The notes under the pieces are model-generated. The model searched no databases. It saw only the letters and a list, made by a program, of their open reading frames with translations, and was not told where the DNA came from. A program made the translations under genes and the position numbers. 64,000 bases of DNA, taken from an uncultured virus (IMG/VR IMGVR_UViG_3300037507_003964) (taxonomy: Duplodnaviria > Heunggongvirae > Uroviricota > Caudoviricetes). The stretch lies in IMG/VR virus record IMGVR_UViG_3300037507_003964; one strand, 5' to 3'. Of the stretch, positions 18,150 to 26,683 are shown piece after piece (the first letter of the stretch is position 1; every line of letters begins with the position of its first letter).

Positions 18150-19121
18150 TTATTTGACTTGCTTATTAATCATTTGCTCAACAGTCATACCGACCACATT
18201 GTGTCCTCCGAAGATGGTGCCCACTCGCCTATCAGCGACAATCTTAAGATTGTTTTTATAGACACTATCGGGTAGAGGAACATACTTAACCTCTCTTGAG
18301 ATTTTGGGTGCATTCGCCATATAGAATTCAACAAACCTACGCACCTCAGGCCTATCGAGTGACTTTACAGACACATAAATGAAGATAGGTCTGCTAAGAG
18401 GGTTGTAAGTTCCATCCATCACAGAAGTTTCACTAGGTGGTGTAGGTTGCCCAGAGGCGTTTACAATAGACACTGATTGAAGTTTGTCTTTATGCTCCGC
18501 ATAGTATGCAAACCCAAAGTAACCTAAGCTATTAACATCTCGACTTACACCTAACACAAGAACATTATCATCTTCTGATGCCGTGAAGTCACCCCTACTA
18601 GCTTTGCTACGACCGACGATTGCCTCTGTAAAGTAATCAAAAGTTCCTGAATCAGTTCCAGCACCGAACAACTTTAATGGTGCATTGGGCCAAGCGGGAT
18701 TTATTTGATTCCAATGAGTAACCTTTCCTTGTGCAGCGGGTTCCCAAATCCTTTTAAGTTGTGCAACAGTCATTGTTTTTGCCCAAGTGTTCTTGGGATG
18801 AATAACAACAGTCAATGCATCAAAGGCGACAGGAAGTTCTAGAAACTCTATGCCTGTTTGTTTACATGCTTGAATTTCTGATTCTGAAATAGGACGACTT
18901 GCATTCTGTACATCAATCTCACCCCTACAAAATTTCTTGAACCCGCCTCCTGTTCCCGATACACCCACGGTGACCTTAGTTTTTGTTGCCTTCTGATAAT
19001 CTTCTGCAATACCTTCTGTTATAGGAAACACGGTACTTGAACCGTCCACTCTTACAGTTTGAGCTTGTGCAACAGTTACAAATCCAACAGCAATCGCTAG
19101 TAAAAAATTATGAACTCGCAT
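18150..19121 (-). CDS. pstS: Periplasmic phosphate-binding protein PstS
   Basis: [41 protein letters not shown]; signal peptide; GGAGG RBS. Confidence 0.95.
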   Translation of the reverse strand: MRVHNFLLAIAVGFVTVAQAQTVRVDGSSTVFPITEGIAEDYQKATKTKVTVGVSGTGGGFKKFCRGEIDVQNASRPISESEIQACKQTGIEFLELPVAFDALTVVIHPKNTWAKTMTVAQLKRIWEPAAQGKVTHWNQINPAWPNAPLKLFGAGTDSGTFDYFTEAIVGRSKASRGDFTASEDDNVLVLGVSRDVNSLGYFGFAYYAEHKDKLQSVSIVNASGQPTPPSETSVMDGTYNPLSRPIFIYVSVKSLDRPEVRRFVEFYMANAPKISREVKYVPLPDSVYKNNLKIVADRRVGTIFGGHNVVGMTVEQMINKQVK

Positions 19122-19166
19122 ATGACCTCCTTTTGTTAGTGTCATATTTTATCTATATATTTAACT

Positions 19167-19184
19167 GTTACAGATGGATGACAA
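19167..19184 (-). promoter_or_regulatory. Pho box (PhoB site) upstream of pstS
   Basis: TTGTCAT-CCAT-CTGTAAC matches CTGTCAT-N4-CTGTCAY with 11-bp periodicity; followed by an AT-rich -10-like region. Confidence 0.8.
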
Positions 19185-19186
19185 AA

Positions 19187-19723
19187 TCACTTATTTATGT
19201 AATGAAGGTATGTTATTGCAAAATGGTTGGTTGATCCTTTCGTGTGTTCGATAGCAAACGGGAACATCCATGTTGGGGGGAAAATTAGAACGGAGCCTGC
19301 CTTCGGTCGCACACTTTTCTCAATAGTTGGGAAGAGGATTTGCCCATTGAACTCATTGAAAAAAATCATTACAGTTAGATAACGCTTTGCAGACGATTGT
19401 GAGTTAACATCCACATGAACATCAATGTAGTCCTTGTCTTGCATTTTGATTACATGAACTGCCTCAAAACCTTCGATTTGTGGAATCAGAGGCACTTCAA
19501 CTTCATTAAAGTATTCTTGGGCAAGATGAAAAGCTATGGAAGAAAGGAGCGTATCATCTTCTGTCCAGTTTGGCAACCCGTGAACACTTTTGGCACGATA
19601 CGCATGTGTTTCATCAATAATTTGAAGTAGGGTCTCTTGATCAATTTTGGTGATAAAATTTTTACATTCTTCATCTGTCAAAACTTCATCATACCCTTTA
19701 ATATAATTCTCAACAAGTTTCAT
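19187..19723 (-). CDS. 2OG-Fe(II) oxygenase
   Basis: HVD motif, RYL..., PKAGSVLIFPPTWMFP, TYLHY. Confidence 0.8.
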   Translation of the reverse strand: MKLVENYIKGYDEVLTDEECKNFITKIDQETLLQIIDETHAYRAKSVHGLPNWTEDDTLLSSIAFHLAQEYFNEVEVPLIPQIEGFEAVHVIKMQDKDYIDVHVDVNSQSSAKRYLTVMIFFNEFNGQILFPTIEKSVRPKAGSVLIFPPTWMFPFAIEHTKGSTNHFAITYLHYINK

Positions 19724-20022
19724 TAATTTCCTCGTGTTTGTTTAGATATTGGGCGCATGTCCTTTCCTTCAACAAGCGCACAAGTCATGTCATGTTCATT
19801 TGTTATTGTAATCGTAAAATTATCGTTCGTCAATCCTTTCCATACAGTCACAATAAGTTTTTCTGAACTCATACCGACCATCAGGGGCTGTTCTTTGAAC
19901 TCACGAACTAAAACCTTAATGACTGAGTCAGTCGAAGCACAAGGTACCTTTATAATCAGCTCCTGCTGGGACAGGGCAGGTATCGAGAAAGTCATCAAGA
20001 AAGTTAGGATTAGCTTTTTCAT
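19723..20022 (-). CDS. Hypothetical exported protein
   Basis: Signal-peptide-like MKKLILTFLMTFSIPALS; two Cys. Confidence 0.6.
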   Translation of the reverse strand: MKKLILTFLMTFSIPALSQQELIIKVPCASTDSVIKVLVREFKEQPLMVGMSSEKLIVTVWKGLTNDNFTITITNEHDMTCALVEGKDMRPISKQTRGN

Positions 20023-20677
20023 ATAAGTCTCTGTAGTGTAAAAGTTGGGGGGTGAAGTTGTTACGCTTCTCTACAAATACTGCGGGTTCATCAGATTCGT
20101 GAGCAATGATCACGACCAGTTTGTTGATGGGAATGCCTACCAATTCTTCGTACATAATAGCATAGGCAGCACATTGCATAAAATAGTGGTCGATATCTTC
20201 TTTGCGCTTTCTCCTTGAAGATGTCTTAAAGTCAATGACACTCAATCTGCCGTTGTGTTCTGCAATACAATCAACAGTTCCTGCAAGACGAAGATGGTTA
20301 GAATACAGTCGTTGCTCTTGGCAATGAATGTTATTGATCTCATGTAGAAGGGGGATGATAGGTTTGAAAAGTTCCTTGGTGAACAAAGACACTTCGGGTG
20401 TAAATACTTCTTCGTTCTTGAGATACTTCTCACAGAGAGTATGAATTCTCGTGCCGCGCTGACCCGCAGACGCTGCAATATAGTTGGCGCGTTTGTTGCC
20501 TACACGCTTTCTCCAGGCATCAATCGCCTCTCTTGTATGCTCGGACAAGATAGTTGTAACAGAAGGATATTTTTTTCCTTCAGGTGTTACATAGATTCTC
20601 TTGCCCGTAGCGCGATTCGTTACTTGTTTCAGTTGTGGGATTGAAGGCAACCCCTGTGCATATCGAAAGTTTTGCAT
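19928..20677 (-). CDS. PD-(D/E)XK exonuclease (Cas4-like phage exonuclease)
   Basis: YPSVTTIL, RGTRIH, AGTVDCIAE, IDFKTS, QCAAYA motifs. Confidence 0.88.
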   Translation of the reverse strand: MQNFRYAQGLPSIPQLKQVTNRATGKRIYVTPEGKKYPSVTTILSEHTREAIDAWRKRVGNKRANYIAASAGQRGTRIHTLCEKYLKNEEVFTPEVSLFTKELFKPIIPLLHEINNIHCQEQRLYSNHLRLAGTVDCIAEHNGRLSVIDFKTSSRRKRKEDIDHYFMQCAAYAIMYEELVGIPINKLVVIIAHESDEPAVFVEKRNNFTPQLLHYRDLYEKANPNFLDDFLDTCPVPAGADYKGTLCFD

Positions 20678-20841
20678 AGCTTCTCATAGCGAATAAGAGG
20701 TAATTATAACACAGCAGTCGAGCACTCTATATGGATGTGACGTTGGAAAGTTTCCCACGATTTTAATTAAGTTTGCTCGCTATTAGGTTTATCATCGCCC
20801 GTTATCTTTCCCATCACGGGCTCCTCACCTCTTCATCAAAT

Positions 20842-21579
20842 TCAGCTATTGTTGTCCTCGTAAGCAAGCCTTGCTAGAATGAACTGCTTCACTATGTCAG
20901 AACGGACAATGTCCTCAGTAGCGAACTCTACCATTCTGAAGGTGGGCATCATCTTAGCGATGGCGATAAATTTCTTTAGGCCTGACATGTCTTGTTTCTT
21001 GCACAAGTCAGTCTGTCTAAAGTCTCCGCAGAAGATGATCTTGGTGTTAACACCCACCCTTGTCATAATCGTATTGATCTCAGCGTCAGTTAGGTTCTGG
21101 CACTCATCAACAAGGACCACACAATTGTCAAGTGTGATTCCCCGGAGGAAGGAAGTGATCAGAAAGTCAGTGACTCCTTGTTCTTCTAGACGCTGATAAG
21201 CATCAGATCGACCAAACAAGTTGCTGCATATTTGTATATATGGTTCTTTGTATACTTCAGTTTTCTCTTTCTCATCGCCAGGTAGGTGTCCAATCTCACG
21301 ACTTGGCACAGCGGATCGAACAATCACAACCCTGTCTAGATTATTACTTTTGTCTAGCACTTCCTCGAGGGCTTTGTAAAGTGCTATGAATGTCTTACCT
21401 GTTCCTGCGACTCCATGTAGCATCATAAAGGATTCCCCTTGCTTATAAAGTTCAAAAAACTTCTTCTGATTCTCAGTCAAAGGGGATATCACATCCATGT
21501 CATCAAGACGAATCTTTAGACGGTTATGTGATAAGGTCAATTGAGGTTGACGGTCTTGTTTTTCTTGTCTTTTTGCCAT
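20842..21579 (-). CDS. phoH: PhoH-family ATPase
   Basis: HGVAGTGKT Walker A, IGHLPG, LRGITL, DECQN, GDFRQTDL, DIVRS; start reassigned to 21579. Confidence 0.93.
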   Translation of the reverse strand: MAKRQEKQDRQPQLTLSHNRLKIRLDDMDVISPLTENQKKFFELYKQGESFMMLHGVAGTGKTFIALYKALEEVLDKSNNLDRVVIVRSAVPSREIGHLPGDEKEKTEVYKEPYIQICSNLFGRSDAYQRLEEQGVTDFLITSFLRGITLDNCVVLVDECQNLTDAEINTIMTRVGVNTKIIFCGDFRQTDLCKKQDMSGLKKFIAIAKMMPTFRMVEFATEDIVRSDIVKQFILARLAYEDNNS

Positions 21580-21589
21580 ATTGCCCTCT

Positions 21590-21622
21590 AAAATAAAAAA
21601 GGACAGCGATGCGTTGCTGTCC
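21590..21622 (-). terminator. Intrinsic terminator-like hairpin between fmdB-like gene and phoH
   Basis: GGACAGC-N8-GCTGTCC followed by TTTTTTATTTTT. Confidence 0.65.
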
Positions 21623-21656
21623 CTCTGGTTGATACTGATAACTTTAGCAGTAACCA

Positions 21657-21920
21657 TCAGTGCCTTGATAGTTTATTGTGCAAGTTACTTTTTGGCTGTG
21701 AAGATCCGATCTTTGAAAGCACCTCCCTAAATCCATTGTCGATTGTTCTTACACCCAAACGAACGGGGTCTCCTACTCCAGGAGTTCCAATCATAAGGGT
21801 GGTGGTTGTTTGTCCGCAGCTAGGGCAAGGTTCACCCTCTGGGACTTTTCTGTCTGCGATAGATCGCATCTGAGTGTTGATCTCAGAACAAGATGAGCAT
21901 TGGTAATCGTATAGTGGCAT
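21657..21920 (-). CDS. FmdB-family zinc-ribbon protein
   Basis: MPLYDYQCSSC...CPSCG; CATAAATA late-promoter variant at 21926-33. Confidence 0.85.
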   Translation of the reverse strand: MPLYDYQCSSCSEINTQMRSIADRKVPEGEPCPSCGQTTTTLMIGTPGVGDPVRLGVRTIDNGFREVLSKIGSSQPKSNLHNKLSRH

Positions 21921-21928
21921 AAACTTAT

Positions 21929-22492
21929 TTATGCATTTTGCAAAGTGTACCAAGAGGGTACGCCCCTCACCTTCCAACTCGCCAAATGCTGCTTTCCTCC
22001 ATTGTAATAGTTACGATAGGAAGCGATAGAATCGCCGGGTACCTTATATGTATCAGGCATGGCGGGGGTTGGTTGCGAAAAAGAAATTACCCCTCGAGTG
22101 GGGTTAAGGGCAACAGGAGGCAAATACAAAGCATGCAGCAGATCACTAGATTCTACTTTGTGAACTTTACCATACCGCAAGGTGTATTCTTTGCAAAGGT
22201 GGTGAAGTAACTGATGCAACCAGCAATAGTTTTCGTAGGATTGCCTTACCCAAACAGCAGAAGGATGATTGATATGAGTAGCACTATACAGAACACCATC
22301 ACGATCATCGGGAAGAGAATAATAAGTACGCTTCCTATTAAGTTTAGAAAGACCCACAACCCGACGACCATCAAGAACCCTATGAGCAGTAGAGAGAAGC
22401 TGAGCATATTCAAGCACCATCTTTACAGTATGTTTATCATTGTGCATTGCAGCGCACTGTTCAGGGCTATGAGATAAGTAGAAGATATTCAT
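21929..22492 (-). CDS. Pyrimidine-dimer DNA glycosylase-like protein (DenV family)
   Basis: MNIFYL...DKHTVKMVLEYAQLLSTAH, THINHPSAVW, YRNYY motifs. Confidence 0.8.
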   Translation of the reverse strand: MNIFYLSHSPEQCAAMHNDKHTVKMVLEYAQLLSTAHRVLDGRRVVGLSKLNRKRTYYSLPDDRDGVLYSATHINHPSAVWVRQSYENYCWLHQLLHHLCKEYTLRYGKVHKVESSDLLHALYLPPVALNPTRGVISFSQPTPAMPDTYKVPGDSIASYRNYYNGGKQHLASWKVRGVPSWYTLQNA

Positions 22493-22767
22493 TCTATGTA
22501 GCTTTGTTCAACTGAGTCTAACACCGACTTAATAAGAGACCTTCCTTTGTCAGAAAACAGGTCACTGTCAAGCGCTTTCTCAAGACATGATATTACATGG
22601 ATGGGATCAACTTCAACCAAATTGTAGTTGTTGACTTTATGCACCACATCGCCAAATGCGTTTATGGCAATGATCGCCAACAAGATCTCCTCATCGGTAT
22701 AGAAGGAAATCTTAAAAGCGACAGGCCTGTTACTTCGGTATGGGAACTTAATTATCCTCGCTGACAT
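22489..22767 (-). CDS. Hypothetical protein
   Basis: 92-aa ORF coupled to neighbours. Confidence 0.6.
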   Translation of the reverse strand: MSARIIKFPYRSNRPVAFKISFYTDEEILLAIIAINAFGDVVHKVNNYNLVEVDPIHVISCLEKALDSDLFSDKGRSLIKSVLDSVEQSYIE

Positions 22768-23197
22768 CTGTGATTTGTTCTAGTTTTCTGTCATCGTCCC
22801 ACTCAAGAAGATAGGCATTGTCTGTATCGTAAATTTCTAAATATTCTTTCTCGCTGATGACCCGATGGGAGACAATCGTCTCAGTTAGGTGTTCTTGTGA
22901 CAGTTCGTTCGCATTATCACAGGTCACCGTATCGAGTGCCCACTCAGATTTCCCTTTGGGGACTCGAACAGCATACCTTATTCTGAACATAGAAACCGTC
23001 TCAACTAGAACGATTTCTGTCTCACGAACTTTAGACAAAATAAAGCTCCCGTCCTCGTTGTCTTTCCAATTGAGAACATCACCTTCACCCCAATCCAACT
23101 CATTTAGAAGATCTTGAGGCAATGGAAGGACTGCATCTCCATTGGGCGCTTCTTTCACTTCAACCGTAAAGCTCTTGAGTTTGGCGTTGTCGCTCAT
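22748..23197 (-). CDS. Protein with N-terminal AbrB/MazE-like DNA-binding domain
   Basis: GDAVLPLPQDLLNELDWGEGDVLNW swapped-hairpin signature. Confidence 0.7.
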   Translation of the reverse strand: MSDNAKLKSFTVEVKEAPNGDAVLPLPQDLLNELDWGEGDVLNWKDNEDGSFILSKVRETEIVLVETVSMFRIRYAVRVPKGKSEWALDTVTCDNANELSQEHLTETIVSHRVISEKEYLEIYDTDNAYLLEWDDDRKLEQITDVSEDN

Positions 23198-23301
23198 TAC
23201 GAAAATTCCTTTTATAAAGTTTTGCAAGGGGGACCTTGCGCTGTTTATACAGACCAGAAGTCAGAAGATCAAAAGCGATAGGGTCGCGTCTTTTTACTTT
23301 T

Positions 23302-23616
23302 TTAGTGGACATAGTGGCATTGCCGGGTTGATCGAACATACCGACCGTAGGCATCATACAGAGGGATGGTTACACATTGCCTTCGAGGGGGCGGAGCATA
23401 GTAATGACCTCCATAAGCTACTCGAGGGGGCGGTGCATATTGAACTGCAGGGGGTGCATAATAAACAGGTGGCGGAGGAGTTGCAGGTTCAGCAGTTGCA
23501 CGACCAATAAGGAATCCCCCCGCAATCGCCGCAAGAGCAGCTTGTTCTACAGGTCCCCAAGCGTTTGCTTGAAATGAAGCGACTGAAATTGCTATTGCAG
23601 CGATGACTTTTTTCAT
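23302..23616 (-). CDS. Pro/Tyr-rich exported hypothetical protein
   Basis: Signal peptide MKKVIAAIAISVASFQANA, glycine zipper, PPPVYYAPP repeats. Confidence 0.7.
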   Translation of the reverse strand: MKKVIAAIAISVASFQANAWGPVEQAALAAIAGGFLIGRATAEPATPPPPVYYAPPAVQYAPPPRVAYGGHYYAPPPRRQCVTIPLYDAYGRYVRSTRQCHYVH

Positions 23617-23795
23617 TATTGATCCTCGTAGCTGTAAGCAGCGTGAAGGCCTTCCATATGTGCTACCCAAGCGGCAAACTCAAGGTCCTCACGCTCTTTT
23701 TCTTCTTTGAGACGCTCAAGCAAAATCTCAGCGTCCCGCTGGCGAAGGAGATCTGTGATCTCCTGCAGTAGAATATTTATATTTTCGTGATTCAT
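23616..23795 (-). CDS. Small hypothetical protein
   Basis: MNHENINILLQE...; coupled to neighbours. Confidence 0.55.
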   Translation of the reverse strand: MNHENINILLQEITDLLRQRDAEILLERLKEEKEREDLEFAAWVAHMEGLHAAYSYEDQ

Positions 23796-23998
23796 TTCGA
23801 TTCCATATCCCAAACTTTAGAACTGAGAAGAACATCGATATGATGCTGTTGCTCTTTTGCAGAAAGTTGTCCGAGCAGCTGAATCGCCAGCGACTGCAAG
23901 TACCCCGCCGTAAAGGCATAATCGTTCTTGCGTGTAGCCTGCTTAGCAAAATTTGAGACAATCATATCAAGCTGCTCACGGGTCATCTTCTTAGCCAT
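23792..23998 (-). CDS. Small early hypothetical protein
   Basis: MAKKMTREQL... with GAGG RBS directly after an early promoter. Confidence 0.65.
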   Translation of the reverse strand: MAKKMTREQLDMIVSNFAKQATRKNDYAFTAGYLQSLAIQLLGQLSAKEQQHHIDVLLSSKVWDMESK

Positions 23999-24029
23999 GT
24001 CGTTTCCTCTCAATCAATCGACAGAATCA

Positions 24030-24111
24030 ATTATACATGACTCAGCAGAAAGTGCAACCGGAATTTTCCCTCTGTTGTTTTGATACAACAAAGTGTTGTT
24101 TTTGTGCAACA
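24030..24111 (-). promoter_or_regulatory. Early promoter cassette with two palindromes
   Basis: TTGCAC-N16-TATAAT (24057-24030); palindromes at 24073-90 and 24094-111. Confidence 0.75.
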
Positions 24112-24468
24112 CTAGATTCTCTCAATATCTTCCTCGTCACAGGCCTGGCCATACTGAATTTCTATAATTTTCAGGGGAATACTAGAGTGATTTTCAAGTT
24201 TATGCCACTCGTTTTTTTCAATCTTGATAACGTCAAACTTTCGGTAACGACCTTTTAGCAACATGATATTTTTGTCATCATGTTTCTGATGGGTCCATAG
24301 AGTAGCAAAGCCATCAGCAACCAACCAAAGTTCGCTTCTGTGAGCGTGTCTTTGCATACTTAATGCCTTGCCGGGTTCTACATAAAGTTCCTTCACCTTA
24401 ACTTGTGAGTTAGGTTGGTGAAGAACGGTATAGTACCCCCATGGGCGCCTTGTAATTTCTTGTTCCAT
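24112..24468 (-). CDS. Cupin, mannose-6-phosphate isomerase type II C-terminal-like
   Basis: RPWGYY, VKVKEL, LSMQRHAHRSELW, IIEIQYG..CDEEDIER. Confidence 0.88.
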   Translation of the reverse strand: MEQEITRRPWGYYTVLHQPNSQVKVKELYVEPGKALSMQRHAHRSELWLVADGFATLWTHQKHDDKNIMLLKGRYRKFDVIKIEKNEWHKLENHSSIPLKIIEIQYGQACDEEDIERI

Positions 24469-24476
24469 ATGATCTC

Positions 24477-24671
24477 CTACATATAATCGCCGCCAGAGAA
24501 CCACATTAAGTAATTATATACCCGCTCTGGGTTTTGCTCAAACACAGCAATTGGGGTTTGCAGATCGAATCCCTTATTTGGCCTGTTCCACCAATCGTCT
24601 ACAAGGTTCTTGCCCACTAGTGCGGTTAGTAAAGCATCACATCTCAACTTTAGGTTTTCTTTTGTCTTCAT
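24477..24671 (-). CDS. Xre/MbcA/ParS antitoxin C-terminal-like protein
   Basis: DDWWNRPNKGFDLQTP..V..YL pattern. Confidence 0.6.
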   Translation of the reverse strand: MKTKENLKLRCDALLTALVGKNLVDDWWNRPNKGFDLQTPIAVFEQNPERVYNYLMWFSGGDYM

Positions 24672-24814
24672 TTTGATGCCATTAGGTAAAGCCCTACATT
24701 CGAGAAGGCGTACCCACCAAAGGCGATAAGCATGCCTATGTTGCCCTTGATGCCTTGCTCGATAGCAACATACAAATATATAAGCCCGACTAAAAGTATA
24801 AGATTAGCACTCAT
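24668..24814 (-). CDS. 48-aa two-TM membrane protein (not in ORF track)
   Basis: MSANLILLVGLIYLYVAIEQGIKGNIGMLIAFGGYAFSNVGLYLMASK; ATGA-coupled to the next gene. Confidence 0.65.
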   Translation of the reverse strand: MSANLILLVGLIYLYVAIEQGIKGNIGMLIAFGGYAFSNVGLYLMASK

Positions 24815-24826
24815 GTTGCATCGCAA

Positions 24827-24834
24827 TATAAATA
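24827..24834 (+). promoter_or_regulatory. Late promoter TATAAATA on the + strand
   Basis: Exact consensus upstream of a 32-aa + strand ORF. Confidence 0.65.
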
Positions 24835-24882
24835 ATGAAGGGACACAATCCCAACCATGTTAAACAACCCAAAAGGTGCGCC

Positions 24883-24981
24883 ATGTTAAAATTTCTAAAA
24901 GCTGTTTTCGAAGGTGTAGTTGAAGGTCGTGCTCGTAGAGCCCAATTGAATCTACAGTCACGCAGATTCATCACCGACTAA
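24883..24981 (+). CDS. 32-aa Arg-rich small protein (not in ORF track)
   Basis: MLKFLKAVFEGVVEGRARRAQLNLQSRRFITD; AAGGTG RBS; fills the intergenic gap; stop overlaps the convergent gene's stop. Confidence 0.55.
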   Translation: MLKFLKAVFEGVVEGRARRAQLNLQSRRFITD

Positions 24982-25772
24982 ATCTCAAGAAGTTGGTATG
25001 TGTAAGGGTCATCTTCTTGTAGCCCTCGCTCATATCCCACATATCCCCTCGGGTTTGCAACTACACGGGTTTCGGCTACCATGTAGTCAAACTCTGAGTG
25101 GGTATGACCATGCACCCACAATTTGATCCTAGGCCTATCTACGATAAAGTTTTCCAAGTCGCTTCTGTAGGCACCATTCATATGCACATCCCGCTCGTAT
25201 TTTGGTTTTACGCTTTTATGGCTGGGTGCGTGATGCCCGACTACAACTACCGGCAGATCAGGATGAGCGTCATAAAACTGCTCAATCTTCTCAAGCGCTT
25301 GCTGATGCTCAAACAAAGTGTCAAGAGCAGTTAGTCGCCTACCCTTTAAAGAATTCTTAATGATACGGTAGTCATTCATCGCTCCTTCTGCGACCAACAT
25401 TGAATGAGAATCCTGACGATTGAAGTCACTCCAAAGCGTAGCGCCGATAAACATCACCCCTTTGATGATTCTAAACTCCCTCTCTAGGAAGTGAATGTTA
25501 GGATACTTATCAAGTTCAGTTTTCAGAATCTGATAAGAGGTACAGATGTCTCCATTGTAATGCTCATGGTTGCCCATGATGTAAACCACATCTCGAAACT
25601 GCTCTGAACATTGTCTGAAAAAGGTGTGGTATTCATTTCCACTCCTCTCCCGCAAGAACCCCGCGGCAACACAGATATCACCCGCTAGAAGTAGAACCTC
25701 TGCACCTGCATCATTGTTGACTGGGAGTTGTCCAAACTCAAGATGGACATCTGACATTAGGGCGAGTTTCAA
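24978..25772 (-). CDS. Calcineurin-like metallophosphoesterase
   Basis: SDVH, AGDI, GNHEHY, HHAP, HGHTH motifs. Confidence 0.92.
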   Translation of the reverse strand: MKLALMSDVHLEFGQLPVNNDAGAEVLLLAGDICVAAGFLRERSGNEYHTFFRQCSEQFRDVVYIMGNHEHYNGDICTSYQILKTELDKYPNIHFLEREFRIIKGVMFIGATLWSDFNRQDSHSMLVAEGAMNDYRIIKNSLKGRRLTALDTLFEHQQALEKIEQFYDAHPDLPVVVVGHHAPSHKSVKPKYERDVHMNGAYRSDLENFIVDRPRIKLWVHGHTHSEFDYMVAETRVVANPRGYVGYERGLQEDDPYTYQLLEI

Positions 25773-25963
25773 AGGGGTACCTCACTATATGCATTGACAT
25801 AAACATGAACTTGCTTATCGGGATATGCTTGCTCGTTTGCCCGTCGAATCAAGTCAACAGGAACCTGATCAAGGGTAGGCCACACACCCAGGATAGTCTC
25901 TTTGACAGGACGATTGAGTGTGTCCATAAGTTTCACACCCACGATATAGCGAATTGAAAACAT
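25769..25963 (-). CDS. Hypothetical protein
   Basis: 64-aa ORF coupled to the next gene. Confidence 0.5.
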   Translation of the reverse strand: MFSIRYIVGVKLMDTLNRPVKETILGVWPTLDQVPVDLIRRANEQAYPDKQVHVYVNAYSEVPL

Positions 25964-25968
25964 CAGTT

Positions 25969-26241
25969 TTATTCCTTAACATCACGCACAGAGGTAATTG
26001 ACTCATAGAGGTTCTCGAACTCTTCATGCTCCTCTACTTCTTGCGTGAAGTTTTGGGAATGATAAACCTTCGCCATGCGCCTAAAGGTTTTCTTGCTGAT
26101 CTGGAACTTGTCGCAGACATCTTTGATAGCTTCTTTGATGTAATCTCGTTCTCCCTCGATTCGTGTCATTGAGTTCGAGATTTCTTGCAGCGCCTCACGA
26201 ATTTTCTTTCGGTCGGCGGGGTTACTAAGCATAACACTCAT
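25969..26241 (-). CDS. dsbA: T4 DsbA-like dsDNA-binding protein
   Basis: KKIREALQEISNSMTRIEGERDYIKE...RRMAKVYH..NF; start reassigned; downstream of rnh as in T4. Confidence 0.8.
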   Translation of the reverse strand: MSVMLSNPADRKKIREALQEISNSMTRIEGERDYIKEAIKDVCDKFQISKKTFRRMAKVYHSQNFTQEVEEHEEFENLYESITSVRDVKE

Positions 26242-26242
26242 T

Positions 26243-26629
26243 TCATCTCCTTCTTTCACTTGATCCCAAAGTCTTGGGGTCGGTATCATCAGTAATATAT
26301 TGGTAACCCCCTTTATTGTAAGCGATGGCGACTCGCTTACTTTTTGCGATAATTTCTTCTCGCACTTCAGGAGGTTGCTTTTGTAGATTGAAAGGATCCA
26401 TGATACTCTTGACTGCAAGAGCACCTGTGGTGCCACTATCTACACTAGGAATTCTCGAGGCGCCGGTGTCACGCCTATACGCCTTAGGCGCCGATGTTGC
26501 GACGAAACCTTTCTTTGGTTTTTGACCAGAAGGATTTACACTTCGCAACCAGGCCTCGTATTCCTCGATCTCTTGGCGGGTCTTGCGGTTCGCTTTTTTG
26601 GAAGGTTTTGTGTTTGTATAGATCAGCAT
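26243..26629 (-). CDS. Conserved T4-like hypothetical protein
   Basis: MLIYTN..., IPS, AIAYNKGGYQYITD; sigma70 promoter TTGACA-N17-TATGAT upstream. Confidence 0.7.
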   Translation of the reverse strand: MLIYTNTKPSKKANRKTRQEIEEYEAWLRSVNPSGQKPKKGFVATSAPKAYRRDTGASRIPSVDSGTTGALAVKSIMDPFNLQKQPPEVREEIIAKSKRVAIAYNKGGYQYITDDTDPKTLGSSERRR

Positions 26630-26683
26630 GCCAGCTCTCTTTCAAATCAACCTTGTCGATCATATCAAAGTCAGAACTGGCTG

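Noticed and set aside
17873..18157. 94-aa + strand ORF
   Set aside because: Lies antisense to the tmRNA and the tRNA-like element
19928..20677. Cas4-like nuclease as evidence of CRISPR-Cas
   Set aside because: Common stand-alone T4-like exonuclease; no array or cas operon
21580..21700. Pho box upstream of phoH
   Set aside because: No TGTCA direct repeat with 11-bp spacing was found
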